NCBI RefSeq assembly: GCF_000734015.1
Contig: NZ_CP008796.1
Coordinates: 480,001-512,000, forward strand
Direction of reading: 5' to 3'
Length of the DNA stretch: 32,000 nucleotides
Source of the DNA: Thermodesulfobacterium commune DSM 2178
Lineage (GTDB): Bacteria > Desulfobacterota > Thermodesulfobacteria > Thermodesulfobacteriales > Thermodesulfobacteriaceae
The position numbers and the translations under genes are program-made. A model generated the notes under the pieces. That model was not told where the DNA came from and did no database searches. It was given only the letters and a program-made list of their open reading frames with translations. Of the stretch, positions 7,409 to 16,363 are shown piece after piece; within the stretch, counting starts at the first letter, position 1; each line of letters begins with the position of its first letter.

Positions 7409-8197
7409 TTAACCCCTAAACACCACTCCCTCTATTTCTATTTTCTGTGGCACTGGAGTTAGTCCCTTTTTTTTGATTTCTTCTTTTAAATTTTCTTCTA
7501 ATTCCTTTTTCTTGCTTCCATCAAACCAAACAGATAAAGGTACTTTTTGTAGCTTTTCGTAGAGAAATTCTCGGTAAGCTGTTTCTGAAAATACGATTTC
7601 TTTCATCGTGGTGCTGTTATCGAAATAGAACACCGCATCTACATTTAAATAATCTTTATTTCCTACAGGGATTAAAAGTTCTTTCATTTCAAGTTTATAG
7701 GGATAGTAAGTGTCTTTTTGTTCTATTTGAGAAATGATGATTTTAGAGACCTTTGAAGTTTCAGAGGCGTTTACAGGTGTTTTTTTCTCGACCGAAGATT
7801 CGGTTATTTCAGAGGGAGGCTCAACCTTATAAGTTTGCTGAGGTTCTTTAAAAAAAAAGATTTTAAATACTAAAAAAATACCTGTCAAAAGCAATACAGT
7901 AGAACCTAATATACCCCATATCCATGGATTTTTAAATTTTTCTAAATAACTTATTTTAGAGGGTTTAGGTGTCTTTTCTGAAGGTATTTCTTTAGAAACA
8001 GACTCTTCAGGTTTTTCTATCAATTCTTCTACTAACGTAGAGGCTTTTTCAGGAGGAAGAACTTCTTCCTTGGTTTCCTGTTCGACTTTTACCCCCTCTT
8101 GTTTTTCATATTGAGATGATTCTTTTATTTCTTCTGAAGAAGTTTGTTCTACATCTTTTTTGATCTCTTCTAAGTCCTTTTTTAGTTCTTCTTCCAA
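7409..8197 (-). CDS. Single-pass membrane protein with a long acidic E/K-rich N-terminus; possible second FliL-like paralog
   Basis: TTG start 1 nt after the cheY stop, with AGGAGG 5 nt upstream; there is no internal Met for ~190 codons. TM segment WIWGILGSTVLLLTGIFLVFKIFFF. The extracytoplasmic domain has the same element order as the FliL at 17897-18394 (by-eye alignment only). Confidence 0.65.
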   Translation of the reverse strand: MEEELKKDLEEIKKDVEQTSSEEIKESSQYEKQEGVKVEQETKEEVLPPEKASTLVEELIEKPEESVSKEIPSEKTPKPSKISYLEKFKNPWIWGILGSTVLLLTGIFLVFKIFFFKEPQQTYKVEPPSEITESSVEKKTPVNASETSKVSKIIISQIEQKDTYYPYKLEMKELLIPVGNKDYLNVDAVFYFDNSTTMKEIVFSETAYREFLYEKLQKVPLSVWFDGSKKKELEENLKEEIKKKGLTPVPQKIEIEGVVFRG

Positions 8198-8198
8198 A

Positions 8199-8582
8199 CT
8201 ATCCTCCTAAAACTTTTTCTAATTTTTCCTTTAAAGTTTCAGGGGTAAAAGGCTTAACTATATATTGATTAACCCCGTGTTTTATAGCCTCTATAACGTT
8301 GTCTTTTTGTGCCTCAGCTGTTACCATTACAAAGAGAATGTCTTTAAGATTAGGGTCGTTTCTTACTGCTTTTAAAAGATCAAGACCACTCATCTTAGGC
8401 ATGTTCCAGTCAGAAATGATAAGGTCTATTTTTTCTTTTTTTAATAGTTCTAATGCAGAACTTCCGTCGTCTGCTTCCAAGATATTTTTAAAACCTAACT
8501 GGGTTAAGATGTTTTTTATGATCTTTCTCATCGTAGCAAAATCGTCTACTACCAGTACTTTTAAATCAGTGTTTAAAGACAT
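8199..8582 (-). CDS. cheY: Chemotaxis response regulator CheY
   Basis: Canonical CheY: VLVVDDFATMR, ISDWNMPKMSG, MVTAEA, VKPFT. Lies immediately downstream of fliA. Confidence 0.92.
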   Translation of the reverse strand: MSLNTDLKVLVVDDFATMRKIIKNILTQLGFKNILEADDGSSALELLKKEKIDLIISDWNMPKMSGLDLLKAVRNDPNLKDILFVMVTAEAQKDNVIEAIKHGVNQYIVKPFTPETLKEKLEKVLGG

Positions 8583-8587
8583 ACTCC

Positions 8588-9337
8588 TTACCCTCCTCTC
8601 TTAGGTTGGTTTAAAATACTTCTAAGTTTTATGATAGCTTGGTTGTGAAGTTGAGAAACTCTACTTTCTGTACACTCCAAAACTTTTGCAATTTCTTTCA
8701 TCGTAAGTCCTTCATAGTAATAAAGAGCCAAAACTAAACGCTCCTTTTCGGTAAGATGTTCTAAAGCCTTTTCAAGCTCCTCCTGTAATTCTTTTAAGGA
8801 ATATTTTTCAAAAGGGTCTTCTTTATTATCTCCTATAAACTCAAAAATGTCCTCTTCTTCTAAATCAGGAATTCTCTGTTTAAAACTTTGAATGTCTATA
8901 AAAGTAATTCCTTTAATGTTTTCTAAAAGCTTATGATATTCGTCTAAACTTAAATTCATAGCCTCAGCAATCTCTGTTTCTTCTGGCATTCTTCCTAAAT
9001 CTTTATATAAATCTTTTACTTTATTTTCTAATTCAGAAATTTTATCCCTTATACTTCTTGGTATTATATCTATTTTTCGAATTTCATCAAGCATCGCACC
9101 TTTAATTCTAAACTCAGCAAAGGTTCTAAATTTAACTTTTTTGGTAGGATCATATCGATGATAAGCCTCTATTAAACCTATAACTCCTGCAGACACCAAA
9201 TCTTCTTTACTAATTACAGGCTGCCCTTGAAAAGAATATCTATTAGCCCAGTAGTTGATAGTTGGTAAAAACTCTTCTATCACCTTTTCTAAAGGAGGCT
9301 TTTGAAAAAGTACTTTATTAATAATCTTAGTAACCAT
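8588..9337 (-). CDS. fliA: Flagellar sigma factor FliA (sigma-28)
   Basis: Sigma-70 family regions 2, 3 and 4 (LISAGVIGLIEAYHRYD...; r4 HTH LTMKEIAKVLECTESRVSQLHNQAI). Size and position after flhG are typical for fliA. Confidence 0.92.
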   Translation of the reverse strand: MVTKIINKVLFQKPPLEKVIEEFLPTINYWANRYSFQGQPVISKEDLVSAGVIGLIEAYHRYDPTKKVKFRTFAEFRIKGAMLDEIRKIDIIPRSIRDKISELENKVKDLYKDLGRMPEETEIAEAMNLSLDEYHKLLENIKGITFIDIQSFKQRIPDLEEEDIFEFIGDNKEDPFEKYSLKELQEELEKALEHLTEKERLVLALYYYEGLTMKEIAKVLECTESRVSQLHNQAIIKLRSILNQPKRGG

Positions 9338-9364
9338 ACACTATCCTTTTTCGAGAAAGTTTTA

Positions 9365-10156
9365 TCATAAAGACACCACCCTCTCTAAAAAAGCCTCTAA
9401 CCCTTGAGAAGCTTGAGGATTGTATTTCATAAGTTTGTAGGCTATTTCTTTAATTTTTAAGCTACAAGGTTTATCTGGACACATTAAAAGATAAGGAACT
9501 TGAGAACGGATGGCTTTTTTTACACACTCATCATATGGAATTCCTCCGAGATAGGAAAGCTTTATCTCAGGTAAAAATTTTTCTTGTACATAAAGTAGTT
9601 GCTGATAGATTTTTTTTCCATCTTCTTCTTGATTTATCATATTTACTACTAAATAAAAATCTTTAATACGATGTTTTTTATAGGCTACTTTTATCAAGGC
9701 ATAAGCATCGGCTATAGAGGTAGGTTCAGGGGTACAGATTACTATCCTTTCCCCCCCTAATAAAAAGAAAAACAACACGTTTTCTGAAATACCGGCTGAA
9801 GCATCAAAGATTAAGTAATCATAATTTTTAAAAGCCTCTTCCATTTGCTCTTTTAGAAGAAGTTTTTGCATAGAAGTTAGATGGGTAAGCTCTACTACTC
9901 CAGATCCTGCAGGTATGATGTCGATATTATAATCTGTAGAATAGATAATATCCTTAAGGCTCATTTCACCGTTTAACACATATCTTATATCATATTTCGG
10001 AGAAATACCTAACATAACATCCACATTTGCCAATCCTAAGTCTGCGTCAAAAATCAGTACCTTTTGTTGTAGTTGAGTAAGGGCTAACGAAAGGTTTATC
10101 ACAAAGCTTGTCTTACCTACCCCACCCTTTCCACTAGCCACAGCTATGCTTCTCAT
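9365..10156 (-). CDS. flhG: MinD/ParA-type ATPase FlhG (YlxH/FleN), without an N-terminal extension
   Basis: Deviant Walker A SGKGGVGKTS at residues 8-17. AGGAGG lies 7 nt upstream of the ATG, and an in-frame stop at 10184-10186 excludes a longer N-terminus. The C-terminal amphipathic tail is GLEAFLERVVSL. Confidence 0.88.
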   Translation of the reverse strand: MRSIAVASGKGGVGKTSFVINLSLALTQLQQKVLIFDADLGLANVDVMLGISPKYDIRYVLNGEMSLKDIIYSTDYNIDIIPAGSGVVELTHLTSMQKLLLKEQMEEAFKNYDYLIFDASAGISENVLFFFLLGGERIVICTPEPTSIADAYALIKVAYKKHRIKDFYLVVNMINQEEDGKKIYQQLLYVQEKFLPEIKLSYLGGIPYDECVKKAIRSQVPYLLMCPDKPCSLKIKEIAYKLMKYNPQASQGLEAFLERVVSL

Positions 10157-10187
10157 AAAACCTCCTGCTTTTTTATTTTCAAATTAT

Positions 10188-11183
10188 TTATTCAAAACCC
10201 CTTAAAAAAAGTTTTATCAAGACATCTTCCTCAGCCTTTAACAAATCTTCAGGCACTCTCTCTCCGTTAGAGATAAAGGTGAGAGGAGGAAGATTACTTT
10301 CTAACAACCAAAGTATAGGTAAACTATTTTTTATCTTATCTGTAAAGGTCAAAAATACACCCTCTACCGGAAGTTTTTCTATCTTTTCCCACAACCGTAA
10401 ACCAAACTCAAAATGTTCTGTAGCCTTAACTACCCACTGGAACCTTAAAAACGGTAGCCTTTGCGCAAGTTCCTCTAAATCGTGGGTGCTAAACTTTTTG
10501 TTGAGCCCTGGTGTGTCTACTAAAATATAATCATATTTATTTAAACTTTGGGCTATTTCTTTAAAATCTTCTATGTCTACTATGTCAAAATCTATCTCCA
10601 AAAGTTCTGCTAACCTTTTTGTCTGGAAAGCGCCTCCTATTTTATAAGTGTCTAAACTTAAAACCAACACCTTAGCTTCATATTTATATTTATACCAAAC
10701 AGCTATTTTAAAAATATTTGTGGTCTTCCCTACTCCACCCTCTCCTATAAAAATTTGGTATTTAGAATGAGGAACCACTCCTTTTTCTTTTATTTTAACA
10801 GAAATATACTCGGGAAGGTCCAGTTTTTTTTCAACCATTTCTTTAGCTATAAAAGCTGGTACTCCTTTTTCTAAGTATTTTAAGTAAGTGATATCTCTTA
10901 ACTGGGGATGTAAAACCTTTTTTAAAAGCTCTTTGATTTCTTCTAAATCTTTCTTTAACTCTTGGTCAAGGGTATAAGAAAAGTTTTTAGACTTTTTGTC
11001 TTCGAGAGTCGGAGAGACAACAGGGACCTCTGTTTCTTCGATGGCTGCGGTAATCTCAAAAAAATCTCCTTCTGCGGTTTTTACTTTTTCTGAGTTCAAA
11101 ATAACTGCATCTTCCCCAAATTCCTTTTTAACCTGATTTAAAGCCTCTAAAATCGTTCTACCTCTAAACTTTTTGATCTTCAT
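10188..11183 (-). CDS. flhF: Flagellar biosynthesis SRP-type GTPase FlhF (divergent G motifs)
   Basis: N-terminal B-domain (MKIKKFRGRT..EAL..VKKEFGEDAVIL) and an NG domain with GEGGVGKTT, DTYK, DTPG and GERVPEDL. Sits between flhA and flhG. Confidence 0.85.
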   Translation of the reverse strand: MKIKKFRGRTILEALNQVKKEFGEDAVILNSEKVKTAEGDFFEITAAIEETEVPVVSPTLEDKKSKNFSYTLDQELKKDLEEIKELLKKVLHPQLRDITYLKYLEKGVPAFIAKEMVEKKLDLPEYISVKIKEKGVVPHSKYQIFIGEGGVGKTTNIFKIAVWYKYKYEAKVLVLSLDTYKIGGAFQTKRLAELLEIDFDIVDIEDFKEIAQSLNKYDYILVDTPGLNKKFSTHDLEELAQRLPFLRFQWVVKATEHFEFGLRLWEKIEKLPVEGVFLTFTDKIKNSLPILWLLESNLPPLTFISNGERVPEDLLKAEEDVLIKLFLRGFE

Positions 11184-11191
11184 CTTTTATC

Positions 11192-13261
11192 CTACTCTCT
11201 CACTATCTTTACTACTTCTAATACCTCAATGTTAACCTCAAAGGGTATTTCTGCTTGCGAAACTACCGGAACATAATAAAGACTTCTTTCTATTAATTTT
11301 CTAAGATGTCTTCTTATAGTAGGACTACAGATAATAACAGGGACTATGTTTTTTTGCCCTGCCCTTTCTACTGCTTGGGTTAAGGCTGCTACTATTTTGC
11401 TTCCTATCTTAGGGTCTATCATCAGAAAAACTCCTTGCTCTGTTCTTTGAAGTGATTTTCTTAAGGTTTCTTCTATATCATCTCCTACTACTAATGCAGG
11501 AAGCTTTCCGTCGATTAAATATGGTTTTACTATATACCTGTTTAACTTTTGTCTTACATATTCAGTAAGTACGTCAGGATCTTTTATAGAGGGAGCATAG
11601 TCGCTTATGGTTTCAAAAATGGTGACATAATCTTTCAACGGAATACCCTCTTTTATTAAGTTTTGTAATACCTTTTGGATTAAAGTTAAATTAGCATTGT
11701 TTAAGCATTCTTCAACTATTTTAGGATAATATTTACTCACACTGTCTAAGATCCTTTGAACTTCTTGTTTAGTCAAGAATTCGTCTGCATGTTTTTTTAC
11801 CACCTCAGAAAGATGAGTAGTTATAACGGTAGAAAGGGTAACTACGGTAAAACCTGTCATTTCTGCTTCTTCCTTTTGGTCCTCAGGAATAAAATAGGCT
11901 GTCATACCAAAAGTAGGCTCTTTAGTAGGAATGGCTCCAGAAGGAGGAGAGAGGTCAGGGGTTGAGGGAAGAGCCATAAGATAGTTTGGCATAAGCTCTC
12001 CCTTAGCTATTTCGACTCCTTTTATCAGTATCACATATTCTCCAGGTTTGAGACTTAAATTATCTCTTACATGAACAGAAGGGATCCTTATCCCTAACTC
12101 TTGGGCAAGATGTTTCCTTAAGTTTTTAATCCTTTCAAGTAAATCTCCTCCTCTGTTTTCGTCAGCAAGATAAATCAAAGCATATCCTAACTCTAAGGCC
12201 AGAAGTTCTACAGGTCTTATTTCTTCTAATTCAGGTGGAGCTTGTGGAGCCTCTTCTTTAGTTACCTCTTCAGCCTCTACCTTTTGCTGATTTTTATAGG
12301 CTACATATCCTAAAGAAAAAAGGATTACGCTAAAAATAAAAAGAGGTAAAAAGGGAAATTCTGGTATCAAGGCTATAGCTAAAACTATACCACTTGCCAA
12401 CCAAAGTACCTCTGGTTTTTGGGCAAATTGCATTACTAAATCCTTACCAAGCCCTGCTTCTGCTGCAGCTCTACTAACCAAAATACCTGCTGAAGTAGAA
12501 ACAATTAAAGCTGGAATCTGGGAGACTAATCCGTCTCCTATGGTGAGGATGGTATAAGTTTTGGCTGAAGTCGCAAGGTCTAAACCTTTTTGTAAAGTTC
12601 CGATAAGAATCCCTCCTATAATGTTAATAGAAGTGATAATAAGCCCTGCGATAGCTTCCCCTCTTATAAACTTAGAGGCACCATCCATCGCCCCGTAAAA
12701 ATCAGCTTCCTTAGCGATTTCTTCGCGTCTTCTTTTGGCTTCTTTTTCATCTATTAGACCTGCGTTTAAGTCTGCATCGATAGCCATTTGTTTACCTGGC
12801 ATGGCATCCAGTGTAAATCTGGCTGCTACTTCAGCAATCCTACCAGCTCCTTTGGTAATAACCACAAAATTTATCAACACCAGGATTAAAAACACGATAA
12901 AACCAACTATATAATTGCCCCCTACAACTACTTCTCCAAAACTTTTAATGATATAACCAGCTGCCACTGTGCCTTCATGTCCTTTAAGTAGGATCACCCT
13001 AGTAGTGGCTATGTTCATGGCTAACCTAAAGAGGGTGGTTAAAAGTAAAAGAGCTGGGAAACCTGTAAAATCAAGGGGTTTGTTAACTTGCATGGTCATG
13101 ATTAAAATTAACACAGAAACAGAAAGATTAAGGCTTAAGATAAGATCGATAAGATAAGGAGGAAGAGGAAAAAGCATGATCGCAAAAAGAACTACTATAC
13201 CTAAAACAGCAAATATACTATAACGATCTGGAATGTATTTAACTATTAAACTTTTTTCCAT
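11192..13261 (-). CDS. flhA: Flagellar type III export apparatus protein FlhA
   Basis: 689 aa. Has a multi-TM N-terminal domain, the conserved FHIPEP-family region and a large cytoplasmic C-terminal domain. Confidence 0.97.
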   Translation of the reverse strand: MEKSLIVKYIPDRYSIFAVLGIVVLFAIMLFPLPPYLIDLILSLNLSVSVLILIMTMQVNKPLDFTGFPALLLLTTLFRLAMNIATTRVILLKGHEGTVAAGYIIKSFGEVVVGGNYIVGFIVFLILVLINFVVITKGAGRIAEVAARFTLDAMPGKQMAIDADLNAGLIDEKEAKRRREEIAKEADFYGAMDGASKFIRGEAIAGLIITSINIIGGILIGTLQKGLDLATSAKTYTILTIGDGLVSQIPALIVSTSAGILVSRAAAEAGLGKDLVMQFAQKPEVLWLASGIVLAIALIPEFPFLPLFIFSVILFSLGYVAYKNQQKVEAEEVTKEEAPQAPPELEEIRPVELLALELGYALIYLADENRGGDLLERIKNLRKHLAQELGIRIPSVHVRDNLSLKPGEYVILIKGVEIAKGELMPNYLMALPSTPDLSPPSGAIPTKEPTFGMTAYFIPEDQKEEAEMTGFTVVTLSTVITTHLSEVVKKHADEFLTKQEVQRILDSVSKYYPKIVEECLNNANLTLIQKVLQNLIKEGIPLKDYVTIFETISDYAPSIKDPDVLTEYVRQKLNRYIVKPYLIDGKLPALVVGDDIEETLRKSLQRTEQGVFLMIDPKIGSKIVAALTQAVERAGQKNIVPVIICSPTIRRHLRKLIERSLYYVPVVSQAEIPFEVNIEVLEVVKIVRE

Positions 13262-13265
13262 CTGT

Positions 13266-14336
13266 TTACATCACCTTTTTGTTTTTTAGTTTATATACAT
13301 AAGCCAAAACCTTGGCTACTACCTGATAAAGGTCTTGAGGAATATATTCTCCTAAATCTACTTTTTCATAAAGAAGCCTGGCTAAAGGTGGGTCTTCATA
13401 GATAGGTACTTTATGTTCTTTAGCGATTTCCTTTATTTTTTGAGCAAGAAAATCTTTTCCTTTAGCTACTACCTGTGGAGCCGGATCTTTACTTATTTCA
13501 TATTTAAGAGCTACAGCATAGTGGGTGGGGTTGGTAATAATTACATCTGCCTTGGGTACCTCGGCAAGCATCCTTCTTCTTGCCATCTCTCTTTGCTTTT
13601 GTCTTATCTTAGCCTTAACTAACGGGTCTCCTTCAGTCTGTTTAATCTCTTCTTTTAACTCTTTCCTGGTAAGTCTTAATTTTTTATCTAAATCCCAACG
13701 AGCATAAAGCCAATCAAGAATTCCTAAAAACACAAGAAGTACCAAAAGCTTAGAAACGAAATCTTTTAAAAAAACTTTAAAACTAAAAGCTAAATAATTA
13801 GGAGAAACTCCAAAAAGTTTTAAGATATAAGGAAGATATTTTGTTATTATAAAATAAGAAATACCTGTGATAATGGCAAGTTTAACGATAACTTTTAATA
13901 GTTCAAACGCAGCGGTAAGAGAAAAAAGTCTTTTAAATCCTGAAACTGGGTTAATTCTGTCAAAATTTAACCCAATGGCTTGGGAAGCCAAAACTCCACC
14001 TCCGGTTTGCAAAAGGTAAACCAAAATCACCACAAAACAAAGGATAGAAAAGAAAGGTAAAAGAACCTTTCCTAATGTTTTAAGTAAAAAATGTGCCAGA
14101 TATATCAAAAAAGATAAATTTAAATCTGTATAGTAGCTGTTTATACAGTGATAAAAAATTAGGTAAAACTGCTGAAAAAACAGGAAACTTAACAACATAA
14201 AGCCAAAAAAGCCGGTACCTAATACTGCTACTGAGGAAAGTTCACGGCTTTTGACAATCTGTCCTCTTTTTCTTGCTTCTTCTCTCCGTCGAGGCGTAGG
14301 CTCCTCTGTCCTTTCCTCAAAGAGTTCTTCTGGCAT
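13266..14336 (-). CDS. flhB: Flagellar export switch protein FlhB
   Basis: N-terminal EERTEEPTPRRREEARKRGQ, four TM segments and the autocleavage site NPTH (IITNPTHYAVALKY). Confidence 0.96.
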   Translation of the reverse strand: MPEELFEERTEEPTPRRREEARKRGQIVKSRELSSVAVLGTGFFGFMLLSFLFFQQFYLIFYHCINSYYTDLNLSFLIYLAHFLLKTLGKVLLPFFSILCFVVILVYLLQTGGGVLASQAIGLNFDRINPVSGFKRLFSLTAAFELLKVIVKLAIITGISYFIITKYLPYILKLFGVSPNYLAFSFKVFLKDFVSKLLVLLVFLGILDWLYARWDLDKKLRLTRKELKEEIKQTEGDPLVKAKIRQKQREMARRRMLAEVPKADVIITNPTHYAVALKYEISKDPAPQVVAKGKDFLAQKIKEIAKEHKVPIYEDPPLARLLYEKVDLGEYIPQDLYQVVAKVLAYVYKLKNKKVM

Positions 14337-14350
14337 AGTTTTTTACCTCT

Positions 14351-15127
14351 TTACTTAAAATATATTAAAATTCCGTGTAGCACATTAAAATAATTTTGAA
14401 AAATGGGTAACATTATCTTAGGTAATAAAATCAACATAAGCCCCAAAAAGATTAATCCTATACCTATGGTTAGAGGGAAACTTACAAACATGATGTTTAT
14501 CTGGGGTATCAACCTACCCACTATAGCCAGGCTTATATAAACCAGCATCATAAGTACCATCAATGGAGCAAGAAATCTTATTCCCAAATCAAACATCAAT
14601 CGGCTTTTTTTTACCACCAAAAGCCCAAGGTTGTTGTCTAGCCAAAAGCTTCCAGGAGGTATTCTTTCAAAACTATAATAAATAAAACTTACTAAATAAT
14701 GATGAAAGTCAAACGTAAAAAACACGAAAAGAAATATGATGTAGACAAACTGAGAGATTACCGGCAAGCTAAATCCTGAAAGAGGGTCTATGGTTTGGGT
14801 AATACCAAATCCCATCTGATATCCTACCAGTTCACCTCCTACCTGAATCCCAGCTAAGATAATCCTAAAAAGCAAAGATACCATAAAGATAAACAGAAAA
14901 TCCGACACAAGCCATAAAAAGAGTTGATAGACGTTAAAAGACGAAGGGAGGTTTATCTTAATCACAGGGGTTAAAACCAAGCCCAAAACTAAAGAAAGAA
15001 TTATCTTATTTTTAGTAGGAAAATAAACCGCCCCAAACACAGGAAAAAGCACAAAAAGAAGGAGGATTCTATAAAAAATCAAAAAAAACAGAAAAACTTG
15101 ATTTTCAATAAACTCTAAAAGCCCCAT
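14351..15127 (-). CDS. fliR: Flagellar export apparatus protein FliR
   Basis: 258-aa polytopic membrane protein in the canonical fliPQR order, with the FliR-like pattern GFGITQTIDP. Confidence 0.93.
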   Translation of the reverse strand: MGLLEFIENQVFLFFLIFYRILLLFVLFPVFGAVYFPTKNKIILSLVLGLVLTPVIKINLPSSFNVYQLFLWLVSDFLFIFMVSLLFRIILAGIQVGGELVGYQMGFGITQTIDPLSGFSLPVISQFVYIIFLFVFFTFDFHHYLVSFIYYSFERIPPGSFWLDNNLGLLVVKKSRLMFDLGIRFLAPLMVLMMLVYISLAIVGRLIPQINIMFVSFPLTIGIGLIFLGLMLILLPKIMLPIFQNYFNVLHGILIYFK

Positions 15128-15134
15128 CCTACCT

Positions 15135-15404
15135 TCAACTAATAAAATTTGGGATGTTTAAAATTAGATTTTCAGTAAAGGAGATTAATTTTTTTAATAG
15201 CCAAGGCAAGGTTAACACAAACACAACAATAAGTGCCAAAATCTTAGGAACAAAAGTAAGAGTCATTTCTTGGATTTGGGTTACTGCCTGTAAGATACTG
15301 ATAATCAAACCAACGATCAAAGCAGTAAGTAAAAAGGGGCCAGAAATTAAGATACAAAGTTTGATAGATTCTTTAGCTAATGTCAAAATGGTAGCATCTG
15401 TCAT
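15135..15404 (-). CDS. fliQ: Flagellar export apparatus protein FliQ
   Basis: 89 aa with two TM segments. The conserved motif is LQAVTQIQEMTLTFVPK. Confidence 0.95.
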   Translation of the reverse strand: MTDATILTLAKESIKLCILISGPFLLTALIVGLIISILQAVTQIQEMTLTFVPKILALIVVFVLTLPWLLKKLISFTENLILNIPNFIS

Positions 15405-15420
15405 TTTTCTTACCCCTCCT

Positions 15421-16119
15421 TTAATGAAAACTTTTTACTAAAGACATCACAAGTAAATTCCATCCGTCAACCAGCACAAACAACAGAAGTTTTATCGGAA
15501 GCGAGATCATCATAGGTGGAAGCATCAACACTCCCATAGAAATTAATACACTTGAAATCACCACATCAATTACCAGAAAAGGTATGTATAATAAAAATCC
15601 TATCTGAAAGGCGGTTTTTAACTCACTTATCATAAAGGCTGGTACCAAAGTAAAAAAAGATACGTCATCAGGCGTTCTCGGACGCTCTTCTTGCCTAAGT
15701 TTGATAAAAAGTGCTAAGTCTTTTTCTCTAGTATTTCTTAGCATAAAGTCTTTAAAAGGTTTTTGAGCTCTTTCCAGAAATTCTTTATCTCCTATTTGTT
15801 TATTGAGGTAAGGTATAAAAGCTTGTTCATAGACAGCTTTAAAGGTAGGGGTCATGATAAAAAAGGTGAGAAAAAGGGCTAAAGAAATTAAAACCTGGTT
15901 AGGTGGAGTCTGTTGAGTACCTATGGCATGTCTCAAGATGGAAAATACTACCACCAATCGGGTAAAAGAGGTTAGCATCAAAAGAAGGGCTGGAGCTATA
16001 GATAAAACAGTAAGTAAAATAAGTACTTGTACGATAGTAGAAAACTGTTCTGGGGTTTTAGCAGTTTCAACCCCTATCTTAACTGTAGGTAAAGCAATGG
16101 CCAAAAAACTAACCATCAT
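15421..16119 (-). CDS. fliP: Flagellar export apparatus protein FliP
   Basis: Conserved motifs LTSFTRLVVVFSILRHAIGTQQTPPNQVL and ISELKTAFQIGFLLYIPFLVID. Overlaps fliO by 11 nt. Confidence 0.96.
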   Translation of the reverse strand: MMVSFLAIALPTVKIGVETAKTPEQFSTIVQVLILLTVLSIAPALLLMLTSFTRLVVVFSILRHAIGTQQTPPNQVLISLALFLTFFIMTPTFKAVYEQAFIPYLNKQIGDKEFLERAQKPFKDFMLRNTREKDLALFIKLRQEERPRTPDDVSFFTLVPAFMISELKTAFQIGFLLYIPFLVIDVVISSVLISMGVLMLPPMMISLPIKLLLFVLVDGWNLLVMSLVKSFH

Positions 16120-16360
16120 GCTTTATCTCCCCTAAAAGGTTAAACCCTTTATCTGAATATCCTACCAAAAATTTTTTACCTTCAACCTCTATTAGCAAAA
16201 TTTGTGCCTTATAACTTATAGGTTTAACTGCTAAAACTTTGATCGGGCTTTCTGACATATTTTTGACAGTATATTTTTTATAAAAATGGAGGGCTATAGG
16301 AAATAGGCTTAAAATAAGCAGTAAGATTCCTATACTTTGTAAATAATAAAACCATTCCAT
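16109..16360 (-). CDS. fliO: Flagellar biosynthesis protein FliO
   Basis: 83 aa with a single N-terminal TM followed by the ...ILLIEVEGKKFLVGYSDKGFNLL pattern. Lies between fliN and fliP. Confidence 0.75.
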   Translation of the reverse strand: MEWFYYLQSIGILLLILSLFPIALHFYKKYTVKNMSESPIKVLAVKPISYKAQILLIEVEGKKFLVGYSDKGFNLLGEIKHDG

Positions 16361-16363
16361 AGA

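Noticed and set aside
7409-8197. CheZ, by positional analogy with fliA-cheY-cheZ in gammaproteobacteria
   Set aside because: The protein has a clear transmembrane segment and an extracytoplasmic domain. It shows no CheZ-like long helical hairpin or catalytic Gln/Asp context.
15154-15441. 95-aa + strand ORF
   Set aside because: It is an antisense shadow of fliQ and the fliP 3' end. The fliQ call is far better supported.
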